A stretch of DNA of 38,246 nt from Myxococcota bacterium (lineage in GTDB: Bacteria > Myxococcota_A > Polyangia > Polyangiales > Houyiibacteriaceae). Each line of letters opens with the position of its first letter. Within the stretch, counting starts at the first letter, position 1. The stretch is from assembly GCA_039030515.1 (NCBI GenBank), contig JBCCEA010000034.1:1-38246 (forward strand), read 5' to 3'. The notes under the pieces were generated by a model that saw only the letters and a program-made list of their open reading frames with translations, did no database searches and had not been told where the DNA came from. Shown one piece after another: positions 36,059 to 38,246 of this stretch. A program made the translations under genes and the position numbers.

Positions 36059-36936
36059 GAACGCATCTCATAACCTCGTTGAGACGTAACTCCTCGGGAT
36101 TCGACCGCTTTTACGGAGGGGATCTACAGTCGATCGATTTTCTGACTTGTGGTCGTGGTGGACCCGACCGATCAGCAATGGGCGGCGATCGCCTCGCGCT
36201 TGCCGGAGAAGGAGCGAACGCGGTCTGCACCGAAAGGCGGGCGTCCGTTTCGGGGCCCTCGCGATGTGCTCAATGGAGTGCTTTGGATCCTGCGAACCGG
36301 GACCACCTGGGCGGACGTGCCGGACCGCTATCTGCCGTACCAGACGTGCCATCGGCGCTTCCGGCAATGGGTGGAGGATGGCGTGCTCCATCGGGTCCGA
36401 TATGCGCTGGCCGAGGACCTGAAGGTCCGTGGCAAGGTCGACCTCACCGGGGCATACATCGACGGCAGCCACGCTGGCGCAAAAAGGGGAGGCTTGACGT
36501 TGGGAACACTCGCCGCGACAAAGATCACGGCAGTGGCAGACCGCAATGGCCTTTCTGTCGTCGCCTGGACTGCGAGTGGTGAGCGCCATGAGGCCAGCTC
36601 GTCGTCGACACCCTCGACGCCCGCTTCGTCGAAGAAGCCCCCGAAATCCTGATCGGCGACAAGGCGTACGATAGCGATGCTCTCGACAAACAGCTCGAAC
36701 GAGAGCTCGGTGTCGAGATGATCTCGCCGCATCGGAAGAGGGGAGTTCGCAAAAAGACGAAGGACGGCCGCAAGCTTCGGCGCTGCCGTCGCCGCTGGAA
36801 GGCAGAGAGGCTCTTCGCCTGACTCATACGCTTCCGACGCCTGGTCACCCGATGGGGGGGAACGGGCTGGACACTTTGAGGGATCTGTTCAACTCGGAGC
36901 TTCGTCACCCTCTCGAGGAGGTTACGTGATGCGTTC
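36059..36936 (+). mobile_element. IS5-family insertion sequence (IS427-like two-ORF type), 878 bp, decayed
   Basis: TIRs GAACGCATCTCATAACCTC (36059-36077) and 36918-36936 match at 17/19. TA flanks both sides. Transposase motifs WILRTG..W..VP..Y..YQTCHRRF..W, IDGS and IGDKAYDSD. Slippery AAAAAGGGG at 36481. Confidence 0.92.
36149..36930 (+). pseudogene. IS5 transposase pseudogene
   Basis: Frame disruptions near 36500-36600, and TGA at 36820-36822 in ERLFA*L where the family normally has Trp. End coordinate is approximate. Confidence 0.8.
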
Positions 36937-36981
36937 TAGTCAGTTTCAACGCAAAGTGAATGAACGCCCAGGCAGGAGAGC

Positions 36982-38246
36982 CAGGGCAAACGCATCTAAT
37001 TAGGCTGGGAAACGATCACCTTTGCCAGGAAGTCGTCGCTCCACCCTGCCTTGAGTCGCCGGTTCTTGATGCCAACCTTTGAGTCGACGCCGCGGAGAAG
37101 ATTGAGGGCTGCGTGACGAACGACAGCAAAGTTTTCGGCAGCGTTGTCCGCGCGGAGTCGTGAGTCGTCCTCTCGAAAGGCGACGTCGAGAGACCAGTGC
37201 AGCTTGTTCTCTATTTGCCAGTGACCGCGGACTGCAGCGAGGGCCTACTGGGCGGTCAACCCCTTGCGCGAGGTGATAAAGAGGCGGCTTCCCTTGGTCG
37301 TCTTCCCACCGACGGTGCGCTCGGAATCGAAGCGTACGAGTACAGAGAGTCCCTCCCAGCGGCTTGCCTCTGAAAAGCTATCACCCGCCTCAAGGACCCA
37401 GCACTTTCGCGTCTCTTTCCGCCCACGACTCGTCTGGTAGGTCATCGCAAACACGTCCGAGTCGGATGCGTCAGGCTCCGATACTGCGGCTTCAAATCGC
37501 GCTCGCACCGCTGCGTGGAGCTTGGGTTGATTCTCGCGCACCGCGAGGAGATAGTCGCCCCCAGCGTGGACGATCTGCGTGGCGATCGAAGTTTGGCACC
37601 CCGCAGCATCGATCGTGACGAGGCATCCTCGCAGATGGAGGAGTTCCAGAAGGTAGGGAATGGCTGCCACCTCGTTTGAGCCAACGTCGGTTCCCACCTG
37701 GCCGAGGACCACGCCGTTGGCCGTGCTCCACGCACTGACCATCGTAAGCAAGCCGCATCCGCTTGCCTTGTCGAGGGCTCGCCGCAGAGTTTTCCCGTCA
37801 ATGGCGACCACATCCTGGCGGGTCGCCTCAGCGACGCCGTGCATCCACTTGGTAAACAGCTTCTCGAGTGCCGTCGGATTCAGTTTCGCGAGCACGCGGC
37901 CCAGCGTGTCATGAGAAGGGATCCCATGTGGAAACTCCACGAACTTGTCGAGGAAGGCTCGCCGCGCCTTGCCGAATGCCTCGATGGCGACAAGGTCGTT
38001 TGCACCGCAGATCACGCCACATAGATACAGAAAGAGAATCGCCTCGAGGCTATGACGACGCGACCGCTCGATCCGAGGGTCCGGCAGATGTGCAAGGAGC
38101 TCGATAAAGAAGGAGACGTCCGGAGCCGGACCCATGGATGCTGGAGCCTTTGTTCGTCTCGATGATGGAGCCTTGTCTGGTCGCTTCGACATGAGCCCGG
38201 ATAGATCACACGCGCACGGTCACCGCAACTACCCGATCGCAAGCGA
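36982..38246 (-). mobile_element. ISAs1-family insertion sequence (other end beyond the window)
   Basis: End motif CAGGGCAAACGCAT at 36982, immediately after the transposase stop, plus ISAs1 transposase motifs. Confidence 0.88.
36996..38192 (-). pseudogene. ISAs1 transposase with an in-frame TAG
   Basis: DPR, GIPSHDT, AIDGKTLR, SNE, TIDAAGCQ and VRENQPKL. TAG at 37245-37247, after which the same frame continues ALAAVRGHWQIENKLHWSLDVAFRED... to a TAG at 36996. Confidence 0.9.

Noticed and set aside
36820..37247. Stop-codon recoding suggested by the in-frame TGA and TAG in the transposases
   Set aside because: TAG and TGA terminate many intact genes in this window, so the IS stops are better explained as nonsense mutations.

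Overview
Chromosomal window from a bacterium that looks like a member of the Myxococcota. The taxonomy is inferred from gene content: an FHA-domain sigma54 activator paired with Hanks-type Ser/Thr kinases and an ElbD-like lipid cluster. Left to right it holds: a MITE/REP-like tandem repeat; a hypothetical gene; an orphan N6-adenine DNA methyltransferase; a DUF6918-like gene; a ~10.8 kb, 10-gene minus-strand lipid operon (degenerate HAD, fatty acyl reductase, extended SDR, pyruvyl-transferase-like protein, enoyl-CoA hydratase, ACP, acyl-CoA/ACP ligase, DAG-kinase-like protein, PlsC acyltransferase, TetR); an alpha/beta hydrolase; gltA; mreBCD-mrdA-rodA; a second locus of the repeat family; a Nit1-like amidase; a PQQ-type beta-propeller protein; an outer-membrane barrel; a GT4 glycosyltransferase; two phosphodiesterase paralogues separated by a hierarchical ~0.7 kb repeat array; two Ser/Thr kinases divergent from the FHA-sigma54 activator; and two decayed IS elements (IS5, ISAs1). 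The best candidates for something undescribed are the split, expanded ElbD-like lipid pathway (with a catalytically dead HAD and a pyruvyl-transferase-like enzyme), the higher-order repeat array, and a miniature element found in opposite orientations within the same palindromic target. Product calls come from motifs read by eye; no database searches were run.
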